This document shows, piece after piece, positions 18,064-25,927 of a stretch of 36,177 nucleotides of DNA (positions are counted from its first letter, which is position 1; the number at the start of each line of letters is the position of its first letter). A program made the position numbers and the translations under genes. The notes under the pieces are model-generated. The model was given only the letters and a program-made list of their open reading frames with translations. It had not been told where the DNA came from and did not search any database. This DNA is from an uncultured Anaerolineales bacterium (GTDB lineage Bacteria > Chloroflexota > Anaerolineae > Anaerolineales > UBA11657): NCBI GenBank assembly GCA_963934935.1, contig CAWWAV010000001.1, forward strand, positions 1-36,177, read 5' to 3'.

Positions 18064-19244
18064 GACACAATTTGTATCTTCTTGACATTGATAATGTATT
18101 GATATATCCGGGCGGTTACCGGGAATCATTTTCTCGCACAATCAATTACTTCATGCGGGCAATGGGATGGAAAGATAGTAATTCTCATCAGTCAGCAGCA
18201 CAGGTGTTCGAAGCTCATGGTATTACCAATGAATGGGATATGTGCGCTATATGCTTATCTGGATTGTTTGTAGCGGTTGCTGGGAAGATACCTGACGTAA
18301 GTTTTTCTGAATCAGTGTTAGATGCTCTAGATATAGTGAAAACATCAGGAATTCCTAGGCAGGAAGTAAATTTCTCGCAGTTAGCACGTGAAGTAGCTAC
18401 GGATATAAAACCAAGCGAGACACATTTGCCGGCATTGGCTGCTTCGCGGGTGTTCAACAGAATTATTCGTTCGACTTGTGATCCAAAAGTCCATGACCCA
18501 ATTCGTGTGCTAATAGATCATATTTTGTCGAATGCTCGAGATATAGAGAAATCACGTACCATGTCGATATTTCAGAATTATGCGCTCGGTAGTGTGAATT
18601 TCGTAAAAACATATTCAATGCCATCACTTTTTGAGACTAGTTCTTTGATCGTTGAACATGATGTTCCAGTTTTATCAAGTAGTAATTGCGAAAACTTATT
18701 GTCGGCATCACTCAAAAAAGAAATCAGACCAGTTGTATTTACTGCTCGACCATCATTGGCCCCCAGAGGAGTTCATGACGAGGCACATTATTATTCTCCT
18801 GAAGCAGAGTTGGCGGTCGAATTAGTTGGATTAGAATCAATACCAATGATAGGGTCAGGAAGGACTGAATGGTTGGCTTGGGAGACTGGGGACGACCCAA
18901 ACAGTTTTATTAAGCCTGCTCTAATACATGCTTTAGCAGCCATTGCTGCTGCAATCTCAGAGGATGAAGTGTCTGGATTAATGGCTGCTAATACGTTTCT
19001 TAAAAAAGGAATATTGAGTGGTCCTTTGTCTGATTTAGTAGGGAAAGAGTTGTTCGTAACAGTTTTTGAGGATTCGGCGCGCAGCATAGAATCTGTTGGT
19101 GAAGTCTTAGGTTTATTGCGTGATTTTGACGTTAAAAGCTCTTTATATGCTAAGGGAATTGCTGTCGATTATGAAAAACGCAAGATGTTGTCTGCGGTAG
19201 GAGCAACTTTGTTTGATGATGTGAACGTCGCTATTACAAATTGA
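18060..19244 (+). CDS. HAD-like phosphatase-fold protein with a very large cap insertion (uncharacterised); last gene of the his operon
   Basis: Motif I LLDIDNVLI at residues 7-15 from the TTG 18060 start, motif II VVFTARPS, K in FIKPALIHALA, motif IV VFEDSARSIES. About 220 aa lie between motifs I and II. TTG overlaps the hisE TGA (TTGA), with GGAG 6 nt upstream. Confidence 0.6.
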   Translation: MRHNLYLLDIDNVLIYPGGYRESFSRTINYFMRAMGWKDSNSHQSAAQVFEAHGITNEWDMCAICLSGLFVAVAGKIPDVSFSESVLDALDIVKTSGIPRQEVNFSQLAREVATDIKPSETHLPALAASRVFNRIIRSTCDPKVHDPIRVLIDHILSNARDIEKSRTMSIFQNYALGSVNFVKTYSMPSLFETSSLIVEHDVPVLSSSNCENLLSASLKKEIRPVVFTARPSLAPRGVHDEAHYYSPEAELAVELVGLESIPMIGSGRTEWLAWETGDDPNSFIKPALIHALAAIAAAISEDEVSGLMAANTFLKKGILSGPLSDLVGKELFVTVFEDSARSIESVGEVLGLLRDFDVKSSLYAKGIAVDYEKRKMLSAVGATLFDDVNVAITN

Positions 19245-19245
19245 T

Positions 19246-19770
19246 TCATTGTACTCTCCAGTGTCCACGCCGCATTGGATTAATTGCCTCTGATGTTATA
19301 AAACATTTAGGATCTATTCTCGAAGCAATCTCTTCAATGTCTGACAAATCACGACGTTTTGCAATCACATTTACTTCAAGTACTCTACCATCTTTGCCAT
19401 GACCAATATATTCAGTGACGCCATAACCAGATTTGCGGAGGGATGCGGACATTTGATGGGTGTTTTCCGAAGTTACAATTCTTACATGGCTAAATCCTAT
19501 AGCAAGGCGCTCTTCCAGAGCCATTCCTACAAGTATGCCAGCCGAATACCCACCTGCATAAGCTACTATGCTATAGAAATTTTCTAGGTTTTCAAGCACT
19601 GATTTTATGACTACTATCCACATTAGTGCCTGACAGAATCCTACTAATGCACTTAACACCCGTTTGCGTTGTACTACTAGCATCACTCGTAAAGTGTCTA
19701 GAGCTATGTTTCCAACCCGAAGTGTGAATATTAGTAGTGACGTAGTGAAAACAGAATTTGTGGACAGCAT
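19246..19770 (-). CDS. UPF0316 / DUF2179-domain membrane protein (YebE-like)
   Basis: 174 aa with three N-terminal TM segments (LDTLRVMLVVQ motif) and a C-terminal DUF2179-like soluble domain (GVTEYIGHGKDG...EVNVIAKRRD). Confidence 0.75.
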   Translation of the reverse strand: MLSTNSVFTTSLLIFTLRVGNIALDTLRVMLVVQRKRVLSALVGFCQALMWIVVIKSVLENLENFYSIVAYAGGYSAGILVGMALEERLAIGFSHVRIVTSENTHQMSASLRKSGYGVTEYIGHGKDGRVLEVNVIAKRRDLSDIEEIASRIDPKCFITSEAINPMRRGHWRVQ

Positions 19771-19954
19771 GGTTGTATAGTTAGCCGATTTATCTATAAT
19801 GTATTATAGCGCGTATGGGGCTTGTATGTATTTGTCAAAAACATTGTGGCGTGTTATTATCCGCCAGCTTTGATCTTGTACGCTGGAGTGTCGTTGACAT
19901 TTAGCGTTTCGTTTGCGGCATTTGTAAATTCAGGTGTAAAGGGGTACTAATATA

Positions 19955-21358
19955 ATGTCTGAGCAGCCATCTCCAAACAATAAAGTATCAACAAGTCAGG
20001 TGCGTAGCTTGGCCATAATCTGGGTCGTGTTAACAGTACTCGTTGGTGTGGGTACTTTTTTTGGTTTATTCTGGGCTTTCGGAGGTTTGGATGGTAGTGA
20101 TGCAGACACCAAGACTTCTGCTGAGGTAGTTATTGATCCGGGCTCAGCCAATGCTGTTGCGAGTGATGATGCAAAAGCAATAACAGAACCTACATCTACA
20201 GCGCAGGTTGAACTAGAACCTACATTTACTGAGTCTGCCACAGACATTCCTGTTACACCATCTCCAGAGGTTTTACCAAGTGATACACCCATAGTGGAAT
20301 CAAATGATGCTGTACCTACTGTCCAGCCTGTTGAACCGACTATTGCTGTGCCTAATCCCACTGTCACTACAGCTCCAGTTGTTGTAGCTAGCAGCGGTGG
20401 ATTTGGATTGGGTGGTCAAGTGATACATGGCGGCTTGCTAGCACTGGATAAAATGCAAGCGATGAAAATGAGTTGGGTAAAGATACAAAACTATGATCTT
20501 GCGGGTGCCACAATTGAGGGTGACATTAGTAATGCGCATAACAATGGGCTGAAGATTTTGGTAAGCATCAAAGATAATGCTAATCATTATCGTATAACCG
20601 CTCCCGACTATCAGGAGCAATTTATACAGTATCTTGAAAGAGTTGCTGCTCTAGGTGCTGATGCTATTGAGGTGTGGAATGAACCTAACCTTGATAGAGA
20701 GTGGCCCGCTGATCAGATGGGTGGTGCCAACTATACGACTTTGCTCAAGAAAGCATATCCTAGAATAAAAGCAGCCAATCCGAACACAATGGTGGTAAGT
20801 GCAGCTCTTTCTCCCACCGGCGCTTTTTCTGGTGGATGTGGTTCTATTGGATCTGTGTACGGTTGTGATGATAAACCTTTTTTGCAGGCTATGGTCAATG
20901 CAGGTGCGCTTAATTATCTTGATTGTGTGGGCATGCATTACAATGAAGGTTTGCTACCTCCAAGCGCTACCTCAGGAGATCCTCGTGGGAGCTCACAGCA
21001 CTATACACGCTATTTTAAAGGTATGTTAGACACTTATGGCGCTATCCTTGGAGGAGCACGTTCCATTTGTCTGACTGAAATAGGATATCTTAGTGGCGAA
21101 GAATGGGGATATCTGCCGTCAGCTTTTTCATGGAATCCAAGTAGTGCAATTAATATGACGGTCGCGCAACATGCAGAATATTTGGGTCAGGCAGTCTCTC
21201 TAGCCCGACAATCCGGTAACATTCGTCTGTTTATTATTTTCAATGTTGATTTTGCTATATTGAAAACGATGGAAGATGATCCACAAGCTGGATATTCTCT
21301 AATTAGACCGAATCAGAGCTGTCCAGCATGTAGTGCCATTTCTGCAGCTATGCCCTAA
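19955..21358 (+). CDS. Membrane-anchored clan GH-A (GH5-like) TIM-barrel glycoside hydrolase with a Pro/Thr/Val-rich linker
   Basis: N-terminal TM anchor (LAIIWVVLTVLVGVGTFFGLFWAF) and a roughly 100-aa low-complexity P/T/V/E linker. Catalytic-type motifs EVWNEPN (acid/base) and CLTEIGY (nucleophile). Confidence 0.65.
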   Translation: MSEQPSPNNKVSTSQVRSLAIIWVVLTVLVGVGTFFGLFWAFGGLDGSDADTKTSAEVVIDPGSANAVASDDAKAITEPTSTAQVELEPTFTESATDIPVTPSPEVLPSDTPIVESNDAVPTVQPVEPTIAVPNPTVTTAPVVVASSGGFGLGGQVIHGGLLALDKMQAMKMSWVKIQNYDLAGATIEGDISNAHNNGLKILVSIKDNANHYRITAPDYQEQFIQYLERVAALGADAIEVWNEPNLDREWPADQMGGANYTTLLKKAYPRIKAANPNTMVVSAALSPTGAFSGGCGSIGSVYGCDDKPFLQAMVNAGALNYLDCVGMHYNEGLLPPSATSGDPRGSSQHYTRYFKGMLDTYGAILGGARSICLTEIGYLSGEEWGYLPSAFSWNPSSAINMTVAQHAEYLGQAVSLARQSGNIRLFIIFNVDFAILKTMEDDPQAGYSLIRPNQSCPACSAISAAMP

Positions 21359-21426
21359 GTGAATTTTCACTGAAAATAGTCTACATACTGAGAACCCATT
21401 TCTGTAATCACCATATTTGGTTGTTA

Positions 21427-21454
21427 TTGACATGATAGAATTCTCATACAATAT
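21427..21454 (+). promoter_or_regulatory. Putative pcrA promoter (TTGACA-N16-CAATAT)
   Basis: -35 TTGACA at 21427-21432 and -10 CAATAT at 21449-21454, or TACAAT at 21447-21452 with a short 14-nt spacer. It lies 12 nt upstream of the pcrA ATG. Confidence 0.35.
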
Positions 21455-21465
21455 GGGATTCCAAC

Positions 21466-23664
21466 ATGAATGATATTAGTGGATTAAATTCTGAGCAGCA
21501 AAAGGCTGTCCATGCTGGTCCGGGCCCAGTTTTAGTATTGGCAGGACCTGGATCCGGGAAAACTCGGGTATTGACCCAACGAGTTACATATCTTATTTCT
21601 GAGGGATTATTACCCCATAGATTATTAGCCGTAACTTTTACCAACAGAGCAGCAAAAGAAATGCGTAGTCGTATAGAATCCCAAATTGATTCTAACTTCC
21701 AGGTACGAAATGTCGGAACTTTTCACTCTTTATGTGCTAGGTTGCTTAGGCAGGAGTCAGAGAACGCTGCAAGATCAAAAGATTTTGTTATATATGATAG
21801 TGCTGATCAACGTGCATTAATCAAGCAATCTATGCACCATCATAATATTGATGATAAAAGATATAAACCGCATAGCATACATAGTACTATTTCCACTGCC
21901 AAAAATGACCTTATAGGAGTGTCAGAATTCAATCGAGACTCCTACTACTATGAAATTGTAGCCCGCGTATACGAGCGTTATCAGTATCTATTGCATCAAA
22001 ATAATGCTCTCGATTTTGATGATTTACTTGCAGAAGCTGTTTTTTTACTTCGAGATAATACAGCAGTCAGGGAGCATTATCAGAATCTTTATCAGAAAAT
22101 ATTAGTAGACGAATTTCAAGACACTAATCTCGCTCAGTACACATTATTGAGGTTATTGTCAGGAAAATATAGAGATCTGTTTGTTGTGGGAGATCCCGAT
22201 CAGTCAATTTACAGATGGAGAGGTGCGGATTATCGGAATGTACGTCGTTTCCAGACCGATTATCCTGAAGCAGAAATAATATATCTCCAAAAAAATTATC
22301 GGTCGACACAGACGATACTTGACGTAGCTACCGCAGTGATAGATAAAAATCATAGTGGTGACAGTATTCGTCTATTCTCCGATATTGCTGGGGGTGACAA
22401 AATAAATGTACATGAAGCATATGATGAAGAGGAAGAAGCCCGGTTCGTTGTAGATACAATCAATACAAATTCTCTAAATAAAAAAATCAGGCCGGGCGAA
22501 TGTGCTGTAATGTATCGTACTAATGCTCAATCCAGAGCTTTAGAGGAAGCCTTTGTTCGTGCTGGTATGCCTTATAGATTGTTGGGAGCAACACGTTTTT
22601 ATGCTCGGCGTGAAATCAAGGATTTGCTTGCCTACATACGGTTTATTTACAATACGCTTGATACAGTTAGTCTTGAAAGAATTATTAATGTACCGTCTCG
22701 TGGCATCGGCACTCAAACCTATGCTGCATTGCGAGAGTACTCTGATAAAACCAACCTTCATCCGGTTAGCCTAATATTAAAGTTGACAGATGATGGGTCT
22801 GATGGGGAACACTATAACGCGCTTGGTGCTCGGACTGCGCGCCCTCTAGCAGCATTCGGATTGTTGTTGAGAGGATGGTTGGATGTGCTGGAAGATGGTG
22901 CTTCGGTAGGAATGCTGTTAGATTTGATAATACATGATACTAACTATGAGGAATTCATCAAATCCGGAAAGGAATCCTCTCGTGATAGGTGGGAGAATGT
23001 AGAAGAGCTGCGCAAAGTATTTCTAGGTTTCGATGACAGGGATTTAGGTGATGTATTGGAGCAGGTGTCTTTAGTAGCAGATGTGGATAGCCTAGGTGTG
23101 GAGCTGGACGGTAGTGGTGCTCCTGCGTTGATGACTTTACATGCTGCTAAAGGTCTTGAGTTCCCATTAATATTTATAGTAGGATTAAATGATGGAGTGC
23201 TACCACATCATAGATCATTCGATGAACCAGAAGAAATGGCAGAGGAGCGACGTCTGTTATATGTGGGTCTGACGCGCGCTAAGCAGGTAATTCATCTTTC
23301 GCACACTTTCCGTCGATATAACTTTGGTTACAGTTCTAGTGGGATCCCATCACGTTTTCTGAAAGATTTGCCGATGGAGCTTGTGACGGGAGATGTTAGT
23401 ACGAAAAACCTAAATAATCAAACAGATTGGTCACGAACAGATGTTGTCAAGTCGCAATCTGTCTCAGATGTTGTGCAGTCACCTGTTGATATACAATTTA
23501 GCTCGGGGCAGAAGGTATCCCATCATACTTTTGGATTGGGTATTGTAATTGAAAGCAAACTTTTGTCTGGTGATGAACTAGTGATCGTGGCTTTTGATGA
23601 TGTCGGTATAAAAAGGTTGGTCGCAGGTACTGCTAAGTTGAAACTTGAGGATGCTGAACAATGA
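21466..23664 (+). CDS. pcrA: ATP-dependent DNA helicase, UvrD/PcrA family (SF1A)
   Basis: Helicase motifs AGPGSGKT, DEFQDT, VGDPDQSIYRWRGA, LQKNYRS, YRTNAQSR, TLHAAKGLEF and YVGLTRAK, plus a C-terminal Tudor-like tail (GQKVSHHTFGLGIV). Confidence 0.9.
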   Translation: MNDISGLNSEQQKAVHAGPGPVLVLAGPGSGKTRVLTQRVTYLISEGLLPHRLLAVTFTNRAAKEMRSRIESQIDSNFQVRNVGTFHSLCARLLRQESENAARSKDFVIYDSADQRALIKQSMHHHNIDDKRYKPHSIHSTISTAKNDLIGVSEFNRDSYYYEIVARVYERYQYLLHQNNALDFDDLLAEAVFLLRDNTAVREHYQNLYQKILVDEFQDTNLAQYTLLRLLSGKYRDLFVVGDPDQSIYRWRGADYRNVRRFQTDYPEAEIIYLQKNYRSTQTILDVATAVIDKNHSGDSIRLFSDIAGGDKINVHEAYDEEEEARFVVDTINTNSLNKKIRPGECAVMYRTNAQSRALEEAFVRAGMPYRLLGATRFYARREIKDLLAYIRFIYNTLDTVSLERIINVPSRGIGTQTYAALREYSDKTNLHPVSLILKLTDDGSDGEHYNALGARTARPLAAFGLLLRGWLDVLEDGASVGMLLDLIIHDTNYEEFIKSGKESSRDRWENVEELRKVFLGFDDRDLGDVLEQVSLVADVDSLGVELDGSGAPALMTLHAAKGLEFPLIFIVGLNDGVLPHHRSFDEPEEMAEERRLLYVGLTRAKQVIHLSHTFRRYNFGYSSSGIPSRFLKDLPMELVTGDVSTKNLNNQTDWSRTDVVKSQSVSDVVQSPVDIQFSSGQKVSHHTFGLGIVIESKLLSGDELVIVAFDDVGIKRLVAGTAKLKLEDAEQ

Positions 23665-24641
23665 ATGTTTTTATGACCGGAGGGGCTGGTTATATAGGAA
23701 GTGTTACGGCCGAGATTTTGCTGACTTCAGGTCATCAAGTAACCATATATGACAATCTGTCACGTGGTCATTTGGCGGCTATTCCTTCTGGCGCAAGATA
23801 CGTTAATGGCGATATTGGTGACCGAAAAACTTTACGGGATGCGCTTACATCTGGGAATTTTGACATTGTCTTTCATTTCGCTTCATTAATTGAAGCAGGA
23901 GAATCAATGGAAAAACCCGGATTATATTTTCGCACCAATGTATCCTATTCAAACAATGTTATTGGATTAGCTGCTGAGGCAGGATGCAATCGATTTGTAC
24001 TATCTTCCACAGCAGCTGTATATGCTAGTAGCGATCAGCCGCTTACTGAAGATAGTCCGATTGATCCAGCAAATGTCTATGGTGAAACAAAGTACATGGT
24101 TGAGCGCATGTTGGCCTGGTATCAAAACATTTGCGGATTGCGCTTTGCTGTATTGCGTTATTTTAACGCTTGTGGTGCATTACCTGGTCGAGGAGAAGCT
24201 CATGATCCTGAGACTCATCTAATACCAAGAGTGCTTCAAGTTGCACTTGGGCAGGCCGACTACGTGAATTTGTATGGTACTGATTACCCAACCCCAGATG
24301 GGACTTGCATACGTGATTATATCCACGTAGCTGATTTGGCTGAGGCGCACCTTTTGGCAGCGAATGCTCTGGAAGACAATGATACTCTTATTTATAACTT
24401 GGGATCTGGTAGAGGATATTCTAATCAGGAAATTATAGAAATGGCACGCGAAGTGACCGGTCATGATATTCCTGTTAATCCAGCTGATAGGCGTCATGGA
24501 GATGCGACTAGATTGGTAGCGAGTTACGAGAAGATCAAGCGCGAGCTTGGCTGGGAGCCTGTTAATTCACGGTTGGACAATATCCTGCGCACCGCATGGG
24601 AATGGCACAGTAAACAATCACATTTGTACGACAATGCTTGA
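23661..24641 (+). CDS. galE: UDP-glucose 4-epimerase
   Basis: Rossmann motif TGGAGYIGS and catalytic YGETKYMVE, with an SDR extended-family layout. ATGA overlap with the pcrA stop. Confidence 0.88.
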   Translation: MNVFMTGGAGYIGSVTAEILLTSGHQVTIYDNLSRGHLAAIPSGARYVNGDIGDRKTLRDALTSGNFDIVFHFASLIEAGESMEKPGLYFRTNVSYSNNVIGLAAEAGCNRFVLSSTAAVYASSDQPLTEDSPIDPANVYGETKYMVERMLAWYQNICGLRFAVLRYFNACGALPGRGEAHDPETHLIPRVLQVALGQADYVNLYGTDYPTPDGTCIRDYIHVADLAEAHLLAANALEDNDTLIYNLGSGRGYSNQEIIEMAREVTGHDIPVNPADRRHGDATRLVASYEKIKRELGWEPVNSRLDNILRTAWEWHSKQSHLYDNA

Positions 24642-24691
24642 GCACTCTAATACTGGTATTGTCACCATAATAGTAGATCCCAACTAAGGAT

Positions 24692-25879
24692 ATGACAAGT
24701 ATAAACAACAAGACTCCATTTGGTATGCAGGTGTTTGCTACTATAGTTGCGCGTCTGACAATTAATACAGCAGTACGCATGCTTTATCCATTCTTGCCAG
24801 CTTTTAGTCGTGGGATTGGGGTGCCAGTAGAAACACTTATTCGACTATTGTCTTTACGTTCTGCCTTGGCAATGATGGCCCCCGTTTTTGGAAGACTTTC
24901 TGATCGATATGGTAGGCGTAATATCATGGTTGCAGCCATGTTTGTGCTAACAGCCGCATTGGCCGCTATGGCATTGTGGCCTGGATATAGGATATTCGTA
25001 GTTTTTTTGTTCTTAGGTATCGTGGCACAGATTCTGTATCAGCCTGCCCATCAAGCGTATATATCGGAGCGAGTTCCATATGCACAACGAGGTCGCGTGT
25101 TAGCGATTACTGAACTAGCTTGGGCTGGTGCTATGCTAATAGGAGTGCCGCTTGTGGGTTGGATGCTTGCGCGAGCGCCTTCTCCAGAAATTGGTTTATC
25201 CCGCCCTTTCATGTTTCTATCTATTTTCGGCATTGTTTCCGTAGTAGTGTTATTGAAAACACTGTCTAACCAAAGAAATACCGTCGATAAACCTATTAAT
25301 ATGTACTCTCATTGGAAAACTGTTCTTTCCAATCGCAATGTAATTGCTGGATTGATGCTAGGTGTATTTACTGCAGGTGCAAATGAAAGCCTAAATGTGG
25401 TATTTGCTTCGTGGTTGGAGGTTACATTTGGTATGACTTTGACAGCTATAGGGTTGGCTACGGTAGTCATAGGTGTCGCTGATTTGCTTGGTGAAGGTGG
25501 TGTAATAGCATTTTCTGATAGATATGGCAAAAGACGAACGGTAGGGTGGGGAATAGGTCTAAGTGTATTGAGTTATCTGGCTCTACCTTTGTTAGGTACA
25601 AGCCAGACAGGAGCACTACTTGGATTGTTTTTAGTTTATCTTACTTTTGAATTTGCAGTTGTTGCCATATTACCATTGATGACCGAGTTGATGCCCGTGG
25701 CACGTGCTAGTGTTATGAGCGCTAACATAGCAGGACATTCGTTAGGTCGTATGCTAGGAGCTTTAATGGGAGGGTTTTTATTGCCATTTGGTATTGGAGC
25801 AAGTGGTATTGCCGCTGCTGTTCTCAATATATTAGCACTGGTGGTTTTATTGTTATGGGTCCAAGAGAACAAAAGTTAA
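24692..25879 (+). CDS. MFS transporter
   Basis: About 12 TM segments and MFS motif A GRLSDRYGRRNIM. Confidence 0.8.
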   Translation: MTSINNKTPFGMQVFATIVARLTINTAVRMLYPFLPAFSRGIGVPVETLIRLLSLRSALAMMAPVFGRLSDRYGRRNIMVAAMFVLTAALAAMALWPGYRIFVVFLFLGIVAQILYQPAHQAYISERVPYAQRGRVLAITELAWAGAMLIGVPLVGWMLARAPSPEIGLSRPFMFLSIFGIVSVVVLLKTLSNQRNTVDKPINMYSHWKTVLSNRNVIAGLMLGVFTAGANESLNVVFASWLEVTFGMTLTAIGLATVVIGVADLLGEGGVIAFSDRYGKRRTVGWGIGLSVLSYLALPLLGTSQTGALLGLFLVYLTFEFAVVAILPLMTELMPVARASVMSANIAGHSLGRMLGALMGGFLLPFGIGASGIAAAVLNILALVVLLLWVQENKS

Positions 25880-25927
25880 TCGCTAATTCGTTGTGCATCT
25901 AGTGTTTCAATCTGAGCTCACAAATTG

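Noticed and set aside
19815-19904. 29-codon Cys-containing sORF (MGLVCICQKHCGVLLSASFDLVRWSVVDI) in the 184-nt spacer upstream of the GH-like gene
   Set aside because: It has no SD and no recognisable peptide family, and the region is AT-rich, so such ORFs arise by chance. It is kept only as something ribosome profiling or conservation analysis could revive.
19996-20367. 123-aa minus-strand ORF, plus similar antisense ORFs at 2106-2465, 13080-13430 and 1719-2033
   Set aside because: All lie antisense within well-supported conserved genes (GH-like linker, glpX, hisC). They have no motifs or start signals and are shadow ORFs.
21358-21371. Hairpin AGTGA-ATTT-TCACT after the GH-like gene as an intrinsic terminator
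   Set aside because: It has only 5 AT-rich base pairs and is followed by GAAAAT rather than a U-tract.
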